DNA from: Lama guanicoe
Taxonomy: Eukaryota
DNA: 64,000 nucleotides
Assembly (NCBI GenBank): GCA_013239625.1
Contig: MU053994.1
Coordinates: 2,857,589 to 2,921,588 of the forward strand
Reading direction: 5' to 3'
Position 1 is the stretch's first letter. Every line of letters starts with the position of its first letter. The translations under genes and the position numbers were made by a program. Positions 51,520 to 64,000 of this stretch are shown here, in pieces. The notes beneath the pieces were generated by a model. The model was not told the origin of the DNA and ran no database searches. It was given only the letters and a program-made list of their open reading frames with translations.

Positions 51520-54500
51520 TCATTGAAGTACTTTTGTCTGAGATTAATATAGTTACTCCAGCTTTCTTTTCACTAGAGTTGGCATGGTGTATCTTCCTCC
51601 ATTCCTTTACTTTTAATTTATCTGCGTCTACATTTAAAGTGAGTTTCTTATAGACAACAAATAGTTGGGTCTGGTTTTTTTAATCGACTCTGACAGTTCC
51701 TGTCTTTCATTTGGTGTATTTAGGCCACTGATGTTTAATGTGATGATTGATATAGTTGGATTAATATTTACCACATTCCTGTTTTCTAATCATTGTCCTT
51801 ATTCTCTGTGTGTGTGTTTTGTCTTCTCTTTTTCTGCCTTTTTTCTTTTTATGAGATATAAGTGACATATAACATATTAGTTTCAGGTGTGCAACATGAT
51901 TTGATATTTGTGTATTGAAAAATGATCACCACAGTAAGTCTAGTTAACATCTGTCACCATAAATAGTTACAAAAAATTTTTTTCTTGTGATAAGGACTTT
52001 TAAGATTTATTCTCTTAACAGCCTTCAACTATGCAATACAGTATTATTAACTAGTCACCATGCTATACATTACATCCCCATAACTTGCCTCTGGCAACCA
52101 CCAATCTGTTCCTGTATCTATGAGCATGGTTTTATTTTAGTTCTTTAAGATTCCACAGATAAGTGAGATCATATGGTATTTGTCTTTGTCTGATTTATTT
52201 CACTTGTTGCAAATGCCAAGATTTCATTCTTTTTATGGCTCAATAATCCATGGTCTATATATGCCACATTTTCTTCATTCATCAGTTGATGGATGCCTAG
52301 GTCATTTCCATATCTTGGCTGTTATAAATGATGCTGTAATGAACATGGGGGTGCTGCCTTCTCTGGTTTTAACTGAACATTTTATATATAATTCCACTTT
52401 CTCTTCTCTTAGTATATCAGTTATACTTCTTTCTTTAGTGGTTGTCCTAGAGTTTGCAGGATGCACTTACAGCTAGTCCAAGTACACTTTCAAATGACAC
52501 TATTCCATTTCACGGGTAGGGCAAGTACCTTATAACAGTAGTCCTAATTCCTTCCTCCTGTTCCTGATAACATTTCTGTCATTCATTTCACTTATCCATA
52601 AGCTATGACACTTAATTAAGTATTGCTATTATTGCTAACATTGTTGCTATTATTATTTTGAACAAACTTATCTGTTAGATCAATTAAGGATAAGAAAAAT
52701 AAAATATTTTATTTTACCTTCATTTATTTCCTTTCTAATATTCTTCCTTTATGCAGATCCAGGTTTCTGACCTATATTTTCCTTCCTTCTGAAGAATTTC
52801 TTTTAACATTTTTTGCAAGGCATATCTACTGGCAACGAATCCTCTCAATTTCTGTTTGTCTGAGAAAGTTTATTTCCCCTTCACATTGGAAGGATACTTT
52901 GGTGGGATCGCTAATTCTATGTTGGCAGTTTTTTTTTTTTCTTTCAACATTTTAAATATTTCACTCAATCCTTCTCTCTTCTTCTTTGGTTGGTTTCTGA
53001 AGGGAAATCCAATGTGATTCTTATTTTTGCGCCTCTACAGGTAAGGTGTTATTTTTCCTTTGGATTCTTTTAAGATTTTCGCTTTGTCTTTGGTTTTCTA
53101 AAGTTTGAGTATGATATGCCTAGGTATCGATTTTTTGGCACTTATCCTGGTTGGTATTCTCGGAGCTTCCTGGATCTGTGGTTGGTGTCCGTCATTAACA
53201 TTGGAAAATGCTTAGTAATTATTAGTTCAAATACTCTTCTGTTCCTCTTTCTTCTACTTCTGTTATTCCCATATGTGTACATTATACCTTTTGTAATTGC
53301 CTCACAGTTCTTGGATATTCTGTCCTTTTTCATTCTTTTTTTCCTCGTTGCATTTCAGTTTTGAAAGTTCCTGTTAACATATATTCAAGCTCACATGTTT
53401 TTCCCTTGGCCATGTCCAATCTACTAATTAGCCCATCAAAGGCACTCTTCATTTCTGTTACAGTATTTTTATTTCTAGTGTTTCCTTTTGATTCTTTTTT
53501 AGAGTTTCTAACTCTGTTTACATTACCTGTCTGTTCTTACATGTTCTCCATTTTTCCCACTAGAACTTTTAACATAATAATCATAGATTTTTTTAAATTC
53601 CTGGTTTGATAATTCCAACATCTCTTCCATATTTGAGTTTGGTTCTGATGCTTGCTCTGTCTCTTGAAACTATCTTTTTTGGTATGCCTTGTAGTTTTTG
53701 ATTGAAAGTCAGACATGATGTATTGGGAAAAAGGAACTGTGCTAAATGGTCCTTTACTGATGTGGTGGTAACCTGTAGGGGAGGGGAAGCATTCTATAGT
53801 CTGTGATTAGGTCTGTCTTTTAGAGAGCCTGGGCCCTTGAACTGTGGCCTTCACAAGTGCTTCTCATCCTTTCCCCTCCCTTTGCTTTAGGTGAAACAGG
53901 AAGGCTAGAGGGGACTGGAGTTGAGTACTTCTTTTCCCCCTTGTAAAAGGCTAGAGAGGCCAATGTCACAATCCCAGGCCACATAGTTTAGGCTTTAATA
54001 ACACCTAAGGTAGTTAGGTACTGTTAAAAAAAAGTTTCCCTTAAGGGTAGGCATTTGTTAAGGAGAACAGTATACTCTGGACATATTTCATAAAGGTTAC
54101 TTTTCTCTCCCCATTCTAAGAGGCAGGAGGGGATTTTTCTCCAGTCTACACAAAACATGGTGGAGCTCCTAGAAGTAAAACTTATAAAATTATGGGGGCC
54201 CTCCTAAGACAGGACCCATCTCCCGCCTGCCACCAACCTGGAGTTTTTAACTCTTTAGCCTTTCCACACTGAACTTCCAGTGATTTATGGATTATAGTTT
54301 TCCTACCCTGGTGCTGGCTCCAGCTGCAGGCTTCTGTTCCAAGGCTTCTGCTTAGGTAAACTGTGATTCTTTGTATTTGCCTGTTTCTTCAATTGTGGGG
54401 GCGGGGAGGGCAGCAGTTAACCCCATGATCTCAATTTTCTGATGGCTCTAAAAGTTGTTAATTTTCAATCTATTCAACTTTTTTCCTTGTGAGGATGGGA

Positions 54501-54547
54501 GTGATGACTTCCAAGTTCCTTACATGTTGGACCGGAAACTGGAAGTC
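51520..54547 (-). mobile_element. old L1M 5'UTR, ORF1 and ORF2 start, with a nested younger L1 3' end (about 51840-52351)
   Basis: ORF1-like peptide at 53142-53333; 5' end 'gacttccagtttccggtcc'. Confidence 0.8.
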
Positions 54548-56300
54548 AGCATTTTCTTACAATAGCAAAAGATTAAAAACGTGCCAAATGTGCATCAGTA
54601 AATGACTGGTTATCCAAATTATGCAGCATATACCTAATGGGATACTATGCAATCAAAAAATCAGCTCTAGATGTCTTGATATGGAAAGATCTGCTAGATA
54701 GTTTAGGTGAAAAATGCATGGCGTGGAAAATAAATCACATGCTAACATTTACTGAATATTCTTTGAAGTGAATGAATGTTTTAAAACACCTACTCTTCAA
54801 AATAAACAAAGAAAATACAATTTAAAAAGATTGGTGGAAAATGCCAAAATGATCACAATCACATTTTAGCATTATGAGTGTTATTTTTACTTGTTTCTTA
54901 ATTTTCCAAACTTGCTAAATTTGGTGATGTTATTTCTATAATTCTTAAAAAAGACTATTCATACAAAAAAAATCTGGAAAAAAATGCACAAAGATAATAG
55001 TGGTCATTGGTTTGGTGATGGAGGAAAGGAAAATTTCTTCCCTGCTTGCTAGACATTTTATAATGTCATAATATTACATTTACAATAATATTTTTTGTTT
55101 GTGACGTACATGCAGATTTTGTTTGGTTTAAGCTTCTGGTGGCCAGATTAGGTAAACTAAGTGAAAAATGCTTTTAAAGAATGGTGCTCGGATCAGGTCT
55201 GCTTCTGTTGGGTATACCATCTGTTAAACTACCATTTCTAGCACACGTTTAAAAGAGAGCATAAATCACTGTTTTGATATGCAATCCCAAGTTTGTTGAC
55301 CAAGCAGAAAAGACTGGCTGATTTGGAAACAGTGTAGTTTTTCTCTCCAGACCTTGAGCAAACTGAGTGAGCAAAGCAGCCACAAACAGTAGCACTTTCT
55401 GCAAACAGTCATTTGAGCCTGCAGTCCCAAGACCAGAGCTTTGATGTCCTCTGCACTACCTAGGTCAACCCCCAGAAGAAGGAAGAAGCCATGAAATGAG
55501 CCCAAAAATATTAAGAAGAAGGGAGGGAACTGATGCTATAGAGTTGACAAATCATTGTTTGCATCCTAAAAAGAATAAATTTTATCTAAAAGAACGAACA
55601 AAATGTATCTAAAAGCCAAGAAAAAATTAGCTGTTTCTAGCGTCAAATATACAATGTTTAAAAAACAGAAACAAACAAACCAAACAAAAAACCCCAAAAC
55701 CTCACCAATTTTGGTTGAAAGTAAGCCTCATTGTCTTTGTGAAAAGTTTGAATTGCAGAATATGTTTAGAGAAATTGCACTTTTGTTATATACTAAATAT
55801 AATGTAATTATGTATTAGAATATATACTATTGTTCTTAGCAGATAAATTCTGTCTTAGTAGTCCTAAAGGAAGTGAATCTCAAACTTCAGTAGCTTCCGC
55901 TAGAGTCACCCAGGGGCACCTCTCTAACTTGGACCCTTAGCCCTTCCATTCTTGATTCTAGAAAAATCTGTGTGGAACAGAGCCTCCAGGCCATTCCTAT
56001 GTTGGTTTCAAATGCCTTAGAGAAACTTCTTTAATAAGTAAGAACGATTTAGGAGTTTGGTATTTCAACAGATTTTTCTAAAATGTTCAAAACAACTGCA
56101 CTGAGAGACTAGATTGTAAATAATTCTCTTACAATTTTGTTTATACTGTTGATGTCACTAAGCCTTTTTTTCTTTCCTCCAATGACAGGGCAAGCATAAA
56201 ATTCGAGACAGTTTCTGTCTAGGTAACATGCCCTAATTTAGTAAGATCCAGATTAATGTTGTATATGAAATAGTAGCAAATTAGCATATTTTTATGAGCT

Positions 56301-57421
56301 TGTGATATTGTGATTTATAAGAAATATTCTTTGGTAATTCAGATAGCCAAAATATATTTCTCTTATATATTTGGTTTTTGTCCATGGTTCCCAGCTTACA
56401 GCTTCCAAAATCCTTGGAATTCCCTGAGTGATAAAAGCAATGGGAACATCTTTTGTCATAATATTTGGTCTCTTGTCCTCAGTCCCTGAAATTTTATAGC
56501 TTCAGAACCATAAAGGTAAAATGAGTGTCTTGTTATTCATAACAAGCCCCATTCCACCACAACTGGGTTTACGTTAAATGAGGTGACTTTTGGAAAGTAC
56601 CTAAAGATGGGGGCTGCCAGGAGATCCAACCATGTGATTGGAGGGTTGGAACTTTCAATCCCACCCCGCCTGACCTCCAGAGAGGGGGAGGTACTGGAAA
56701 TTGAATAGATCTCCAACGGCCAATAAGCTAATCAATCATGCCTATGTAATGCAATCATGCCTATGTAACGAAGCATCTCAAAAAGAACAGGGTTCAGAGA
56801 GCTTCCAGGTTGGTGAACACTCAGAGATTCCAGGAGAATGGCACGCTTGGAGAGGGCATAGAAGCTCCGTGCTCCTTTCTCATATATTGTCCTAAGCATT
56901 GCTTCATTCAATCTGGCTGACCCTGAGTTTTATCCTTTTATAGCAAATGGGTGATATAGTAAATAAACTGTTTCTCTGAATTCTGTGAGCTGCTCTAGCA
57001 GATTAATCAAACCCAAGGAAGGTGTTGTGGGAAACTGATTTCTAGCCATTAGGTCAGAAGCACAGGTGACATTCTGGATTTGTGATTGGTGTCTGAGGTG
57101 GGGGAAGGAGCCATCTTGTAGAACTGAGCCCTTAACTTATAACCTGAGGAGGGGGTTGCTGGAACCTCCAATCTTTATTCGGTAGGTCAGAAGAATCACA
57201 GGTGACAAGCTGGATTTCCAATTGGCATCTGAGCTGGAAGGCAGTCTTGTGGGACAGAGCCTTTAACCTGTGGAATCTGATGCTGTCTCTGGGTGGACAG
57301 TGTCAGAACTGGGTTGAACTTTAGGACACCCAGGTGATGTCAGGAGAAATGTTAGCTGGTGATGTGGGGAAAGATTTCCCCCACCCCCACATACACGTTG
57401 AAATTGGTGATCAGAACCTTA
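56301..57421 (+). mobile_element. MER21-type solo LTR
   Basis: TGTGATATTGTGATTTATAAG start; collinear with the proviral LTRs; possible TSD gagct / gaact. Confidence 0.8.
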
Positions 57422-59129
57422 GAACTTAGTAGTGTTTACTTTTTTCTGGAATAAGCAATATTTCCAAATTAGAGTAGACTTTGAAGAAACTCAAGCAAAA
57501 GGAGAAGTTCATTGAAAAATTGCCTTTTTACAGAAACTTCCAGGCTGGCTGGGAGATTTGGAAGGTGTGCTAAGGCAGAAAGCAAGATGGAGCTGAGGCT
57601 TCACCAGGCTGCAATCATGTAGGGAGAGCGGAGTAAGGATTCACCTTGCTATCTGACTTGAATTACCAAATGGTTGGGCTGAGTGACTGCAGTGCAGTTT
57701 TGATTGTGAAAAGGGTTGAGAAAGTCAGGTTGACTTTGAAGGTCCACATTTAAATTATAAGGCTTATATTTTAGCTAAGTAAGACTTGAAAAATCTGGAA
57801 TCTTCTGGACAGACATGTGGACAGAGCTGAGCTACACCATTGTTAAGGAGCTATGAATTTATTAAAGCCAGCATAAGGTCAGGAGTGAGGCATAATTAGC
57901 AGCCCTAAGTTGTGCTGAAGCAATTCACCTGTACCACAGATTAGTGCTGGGAAGATTCAAACTTTTCCTGAGGCACAGTTGTTACTGTCCAACTTCTTTG
58001 GCATAGATGAAATAAGCAAGACTGTGCTAATAAAAACAAATGCAAAGGATCAGATTATTTTGCACTGTGGTGGTTTACCTAAAATATATAAAATGGGACC
58101 CTTCAAATTTTAAATAAAACCCAAGAGATCCAAAAACTCTAGAATAAAATGAGTGACATAGCACCCGGACTCCGTGTCCAAGTCCCTGGGGGACAATAGG
58201 CCCCTTTCAGAGAGGTTCTCCAGAGTAGGATGGGTAGACTATTTTTAAGCATGTCTGTTCTAGGCACTGGTGTCTAAAATTCAATTGAACATCCTTGGGC
58301 AACAGCATATTGTCAGCTGTGATCTTTCATGCTGTACCTTGTTCTCCCTAGCTACGTCCTCTGCTTGTTGTCATGAAGATGAAATGGGACCATCTCCTTA
58401 AATTCTTGGTTATCACATTTTTATATTAAAAATACTAAGTCATTGTGGACTTTCCTCATTCCATTCAAATCACAAAGCCTTCTCTAGGGGGCATATTATC
58501 AAAGCTCCCTCGTCTTTTATATTAGCTTGGCCAATAATCCAGAAGACATTTCCACAGGTATGAAGCGCTTAACCCTCTTATCTGTAGAACTTTGAGATGT
58601 GTAGCTCCAAAAGTATTAAATAATAACAACGTATCCAGCTGTATATTCTATTCTCTAAGAGTTCTGTTCAACAGTGAGTATACTTAAGCTTTTCTCCGGG
58701 GGAGGGGGGGATAGAAGTACAATGGGAAATTTTATGAGGAAATGTAAAATAATAAGGCTTTGCCCTAGCAAGGCAGAACCAGGAAGTGAAAAATTAGTTT
58801 TAAAGCTAAAGGACAGGTGTTAGAAAAGAGAAACTAAAAACAAAGGAAATAAGAAGGAAGGCCTGGACTATATGGACTTTAAGGAGTGGCACTGTGACAT
58901 TGAACCTATTTAAACTCAGAACTGTTCATTTCCTAGCCCATTAACTTAGTGGAAGATGTCAAAAGTGGGCAGTCTTGTACATCACACCCACCCTGGGAGC
59001 CATGGTGTACCCTGGGTAGCGCCACAGAGCATAGGAAGAAATGAATTGCTGGTGAGCTTGACTTGATGGATTAAGTCCCCCTAGAACTGCTGGGGGCAGT
59101 ATAATTTATAGGCCAGACTGTATGAAATT

Positions 59130-60445
59130 GATTTTTCAAAATAAATATATGGAACATACAATTTGCCGTTTTGACCACTTTTAAGTATACTATTCATTGG
59201 CTTTAAGTACATTCACAATGTTGTGCAACTATCACCACTTTCTATTTCCAGAACTTTTTCTTCATCCCGAACACTGTACCCAATAAACATTACTCCTCCT
59301 CATTCCACCCCTTCCCCAACCTTGGTAACCTCTATTTTACTTGTCTGTATGAATTTGTCTATTATAGGTACCTCATTAAGTGGAATCATACAACATGTGG
59401 CCTTTTCTGTCTGGCTTCTTTCGTTTGGCATAATGTTTTCAAGGTCCATTCACGTTGTAGCATGTATTGGAATTTCATTCATTTTTAAGTCTGAATAATA
59501 TTTCATTGTGTGTTTATACCACATTTTGTTTCTCTACTCATCTGTTGATGAACATTTGGATTGTTTCCACATTTTGGCTATTGTGAATAACACTGCTACA
59601 TACATGGGTGAACAAATACCTGTTTGAATCCCTGCTTTCAGTTCTTGTGGGGATATATACTTTGGAGTGAAATTGCTGGGTCATATGGTGATTTCATGTT
59701 TAGCTTTTTGAGGAACTGCCAAACTTTTTTACAATGGCTGCATCATTTTACATTTCCACCAGCAATGTACAAGAGTTCCAATTTCTCCACATCCTTGCCA
59801 ACACTTGTTATTTTTCATTTTTTGATAACAGCCATCATAATGGGTGTGAAGTGGTATCTCATTGTGGTTTTGATTTGCATTTCCCTAATAACTAATGATG
59901 TTCAGCATCTCTTCATGTGCTTATTGCAAAAAAGCCTGCTGGGATTTTGACAGGGTTTGGGTTGACTCTGTAGGTCAATTTGGGGAGTACTGTAATCTTA
60001 AGTCTTCCAATCCTTGAACATGGGCTGTTTTTCCATTTATTTTGGTCGTCTAATTTCTTTTAATGATGTTTTGTAGTTTTCAGTGTACAGACCTTGTCCT
60101 TTTGTTAAATTCATTCGTTGGTATTTTATTCTTTTGATGCTACTGTAAGTGAAATTGTTTTCTTAATTTCATTTTCAGATATTTTATTGCTGGTATATAA
60201 AAATATAATTGATTTTAAAATATTGATCTTATATCCTGCAACCTTGCTAAACTCATTTATTGGTTCTAATAGTTTTTTTATAGTGGATTCCCTAGGATTT
60301 TGTATATACAAGATCATGTCATCTGCAAACAGAAGTAGGTTAATTGTTCCTTTCTTACCCAGATGCTTTATAGTTCTTTTTCTTTTGCCTGGTTTGAACC
60401 ACAGGTACACTGTTGAATAGAATTGATGAGAGGGACATCCTTTTA
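59130..60445 (-). mobile_element. L1MA/MB ORF2 to 3' fragment with internal deletion
   Basis: ORF 60126-60476 [18 protein letters not shown] is L1 RT. Confidence 0.85.
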
Positions 60446-62243
60446 AAGGTGCACTTTTGATAGGGTTGAAAGACATATGTTCAACATTTACCAGTCCTGT
60501 CTGGTGACCATGGACAAATCACTTACTCTTTCTGTTATCTAAAGTAAATGATAAAAAAAAATTTTTTTAAGTCAGTGATAGCAATATATGCTCTGGCTAC
60601 TTCACAAGATTCTAAGGATTAAACAAAACAATCACGCACTTAGCAAACCTACAGTGTACATGGAGGGTGGTATATACTTTAGGAGCTCATAAGCTAGTGG
60701 AAGAAGACGAGCCACCATGGAAATAATTATAAAAACAAGATAAAATGTGGTGTGAATTAGTAGGCCTATGAATTTTGTGTTTGGACACCTGATTATATGA
60801 TTTTTGTGGTGATAACTTTGTATAGTCTACTATATGGGAAATGGTTTTAAAATTTAAGATACTAATAACATTGTGGTACCTCCTGGTGTCACCTTACACT
60901 ACTTTGGATTCCATTTTAACAACTTTTTATTACAAATTAAAATGATTGTAGCATAGCTAAATCCAACTCTGTTATATACAAAATATGATTTTGTTTTATA
61001 GGACTTTGCTATGATTTTGCATACAATTTGGTGTCCACAAGCATTTCTATTTCAAAAGGACATCTGTGCTTAAATTAGAACTGCATTTCTTTTCTCCTCA
61101 TTTCAGCATCCAAGGTAGGCTGTATTGTTCCTTGCACTCCATTTATTTGAGATTAGCCTAATAATCTTCACTTTAGAATATAAACATGTAGATGATAATC
61201 CATGACATAATGGGTGTCATGGGTTCATAAGGCCCTTCTGGGTTCTAACAGTAAATTGTGCTGATGATTTGGCAAAAGAGGTGAATCTTGCTACATTTAG
61301 TACTGCCTAGTCGCTATGCCGTCTGTGGCACTTCGCGAGTTGTTCCTTGCTATACTGTTTTAAGAGCTCCTATGGCTAAAGGGTGGTCGTCAGAGTCAGT
61401 CAAGCTGTGAAGCCCAAGTGCTTTCAGGTACGGATGCTACAGAATCATGTGAATGAGTTTCTCAGCACCTGCTTCTTAGGGTGAGGAGAAGGCCCCACTC
61501 CAAACTCTTCCCCCTCCCGCCGCAGGAGATAGCCACACCTTCCCCCTATCGGCGCGGAGCAGGTGGCCCGGCCCTCCCAGCCTTCGGCACCTTCCACTGT
61601 TTGCCCCCAAAGGTTCCCGTTCCATAGATCTGGCTGGCTCACGGGACACGTGACGTGGGTCAGCTGTGTCCCCGGGACCCCCCCTAACCACCGCGGGTGC
61701 GACCGCCCAGCACTTGGTCTCGAGATCTGATGCCCCTCCCCCTACAATCCCGGAAGGGGGGGGCTGGTGACGTCATCATCCGGGTACTCGCCGGCGGGGC
61801 CTCTGCTCACAATGGAACAAAAACAAGCGGCCCAAGTCAAACTCTGAGCGACGCGGCTGTGGCTCGCGCGATTAACTCTGTCCTGACCACGCGCCCTGCC
61901 AATCCCGACCTCCCAGCTCCTCCGGCGTAGCGTGCCAGGTCCTTTCGGGCTTCCCTCCCCCATTTCTGCCTGTCCTCGTGCCACGGCTCTCACACTGCTC
62001 CAGAGCTGAGGGTTCCTGGCCTTAATGCGACCCTGGTGGGGCCAGCCGTAAGACACAGTGTTGCTTAAACAATTTACCGCATTATCTTTCCTTCCCCCAC
62101 CCCAGCTCTCCGGATTCTAAGCGTCTCTCGCCTGGCCCGGCTTTCCCGGAGGCACGCGCCACTCCTCCCTGGCGGAAGACAGCCCTGGGTGAAGGGGAAG
62201 AGGGAACAGAAGGAGCAGCTGAGCGAAAGGGGGGTTGGGGAGG

Positions 62244-62265
62244 GGGAGGAGGAGGAGGAGGAGGG
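62244..62265 (+). repeat. (GGA)n purine tract
   Basis: Read directly from the sequence. Confidence 0.9.
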
Positions 62266-62339
62266 CTGAGGGGCGGGCCCCGATGGGGGCGGGGCCTGAA
62301 GGGGGCGGGGAACATCAGGACCCTGAGCGGCGCTGGGGC

Positions 62340-62938
62340 TAGTAGAGGACGGGCATCCGCGGCTGCGGAAGCTAGTCTCCGCCGCCGCCGGAGCCGCAGC
62401 CTCCCTGCACCCGGCCCTTTTGGGCCTCTGCCGCGCGGAGCCCCTCCCCGCCTCGCTCGGCTCACAGGCCTCGCGGGAGGCGGCCCCCTCAGCGGCTGGC
62501 GCTCGGCTCGGCGCCGGAGCTAGCCGCAGCAAAGCGACCAGGCCCGGAGCGGGAACTGAGGCGGCGACCAGTGGAAGGTGAAGCCGCCACTGCGGGAGGA
62601 GGAGCAGGAGGAGGTGACGCAGGAGAAACGCACCGCCCGGAGCCCGTCTGCGCTCAGCGAGAGCCCCAGCCTGGGGCGAGAAGGGGGAAGAGAGCCGCCG
62701 CCGGCTGAGGAGAAGGAGGCGGCCGCGGCCACCGCTGCTGCAGGCAGACGCTGCGAGCAGTGAATTCCGGCGCCCCAGTGCAGCCCCCTGGTCCTCAAGC
62801 CTTCAGCCTCTCGACACACTTTGTCGCCCGTCAACCCTGGGGCCTGGGATGCACCCAGAGTCGGCCTTGACCCGGGACTGAGCCTTGCTGCCGTTTCCGC
62901 GTGCCCTGCTTCTGAGGAGAAAACGCCTGTGTCGTGCG
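62340..62938 (+). other. USP9X: non-coding first exon (5'UTR), tentatively of USP9X; TSS approximate
   Basis: Strong donor GCG|GTGAGT at 62938/62939 downstream of GC boxes; no main ORF. Gene identity rests on recalled similarity to the USP9X 5'UTR and is not verified. Confidence 0.5.
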
Positions 62939-63579
62939 GTGAGTAGCCAGCCGCGCGGAGACCCCGCGCTTTTCTGGGGCCAACAGCTGGATCGAGGGGA
63001 GGGGAGGAGGGCGAGGGGGTGTGCGTGTGCGCGGGTCCTCCCCCAGCGGCCGGCGGCCGGGCCGGGGGCTTCCCGTCTCCCCTTCCTGGGCCCCGGGCGG
63101 GGCGGGCGGGCAGGGCTCCGTTCCAAGCGGAGCCGGCGTCCCGGGAGCGTGTCTGTGTGTTTTGGACTGTAAGGGAAAATGGCTGACGGCTCCGTCCCTC
63201 CCCCTCCTCCCCCTTCCCGTCCTGTCTGGGGCCGAGTCGGAGGATGGAGTCTCCGGGCGCGGCGTGCCGCCCCCCGCATCCGCAAAGCCATTACTGAGGT
63301 GGAGTGATTTGGAGCCGTAGAGCTAGGCCTCGGCTACGCCTGGCTATCGGGCCCGACTACTTGTCCGCCTCCCCCCACCCTCCCACGATAACCCTCCGCT
63401 TTTCCTGGGCTCTGTGGTCTGGGAGTCGGAGGCGGGTTATCGGCCGCCTCCACCTCCCTCGCCCCCGTTCATTTACCAAGGGCCAAAGCTGCGAGAGATG
63501 TTTTGATGCAGAAAATCGCTTCCAAACGAGCTTGGACCCACCACCTTTCTATTTTTAACTGCTTCTGCAGAAAAAAAAA

Positions 63580-63615
63580 TACATATGTGTGTGTGTGTAT
63601 ATACATATATATATA
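63580..63615. repeat. compound (GT)n(AT)n microsatellite in intron 1
   Basis: Read directly from the sequence. Confidence 0.9.
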
Positions 63616-64000
63616 ACATGGGCGAGTTAATGATAAAACCTTCAGATTCTTGTGATGTGAGGCTTCGGGTTTGAAAAGTGGTGTATTTTTCATTCATTGT
63701 GAAGTATTAAGTTAAAGAGTTAACGGAGCAGGTGTATGCATGTTTTGTAATATTTGTATGGATTTCTGTTGGCGACTGGGAGTTTTACACGGGGCTTTTT
63801 AATATCTCCAGTAGAACATTCTAAAATTAAACATTTTTTGGAAGTTGCATAGTTATAACGTTAATAGGATTTTCCATCGTGCAGTTTACAGGTGTGTGTA
63901 ATTTCTTCAGATTGTCTTTGAATTTAACTGAGCGAGTTGTAGATGTAGGTTAAATATTCGTGCTTTATTTTAATGATGGAGGGGCGGGGTAATTGTGGCA

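Larger units (their letters stand above)
61450..63520. promoter_or_regulatory. CpG-island promoter
   Basis: Abrupt GC and CpG enrichment; GC boxes near 62270-62310; CRE TGACGTCA 61768-61775; E-box 61647-61652; ETS CCGGAAG 61750-61756. Confidence 0.95.

Noticed and set aside
61445..63558. Many 60-160 aa ORFs across the CpG island
   Set aside because: Low-complexity Pro/Arg/Gly/Ala ORFs on both strands, mostly with non-ATG starts; expected from high GC content.
1..64000. CRISPR array, operon or prokaryotic defence-type system
   Set aside because: Mammalian repeat-rich DNA with no regularly spaced repeats and no intact genes.

Overview
This is mammalian, non-coding, repeat-dense genomic DNA, most likely from a camelid: it carries five tRNA-derived SINEs resembling Vic-1 and young artiodactyl-type L1 3' ends. 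About 61 kb is an intergenic mosaic of L1, L2, MIR, MaLR, ERV1 and ERVL LTRs and hAT DNA transposons, many with readable target-site duplications (TSDs). The window ends in a CpG-island promoter with a non-coding first exon (splice donor GCG|GTGAGT at 62938/62939), tentatively USP9X from memory only. I found no intact protein-coding exon, RNA gene or CRISPR array, and no convincing novel biological system. The most informative objects are: (1) a two-LTR MER21-type ERVL provirus at 42380-47332 with PBS, gag, pol, integrase, dUTPase and PPT remnants and an unexpected CpG/GC gain; (2) two tiny TSD-flanked retroposed non-L1 inserts; (3) a SINE with a probable 3' transduction; (4) the promoter motif cluster and an upstream ORF (uORF). 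Repeat family names come from recalled consensus sequences, not a database search. Boundaries without a stated TSD are approximate.
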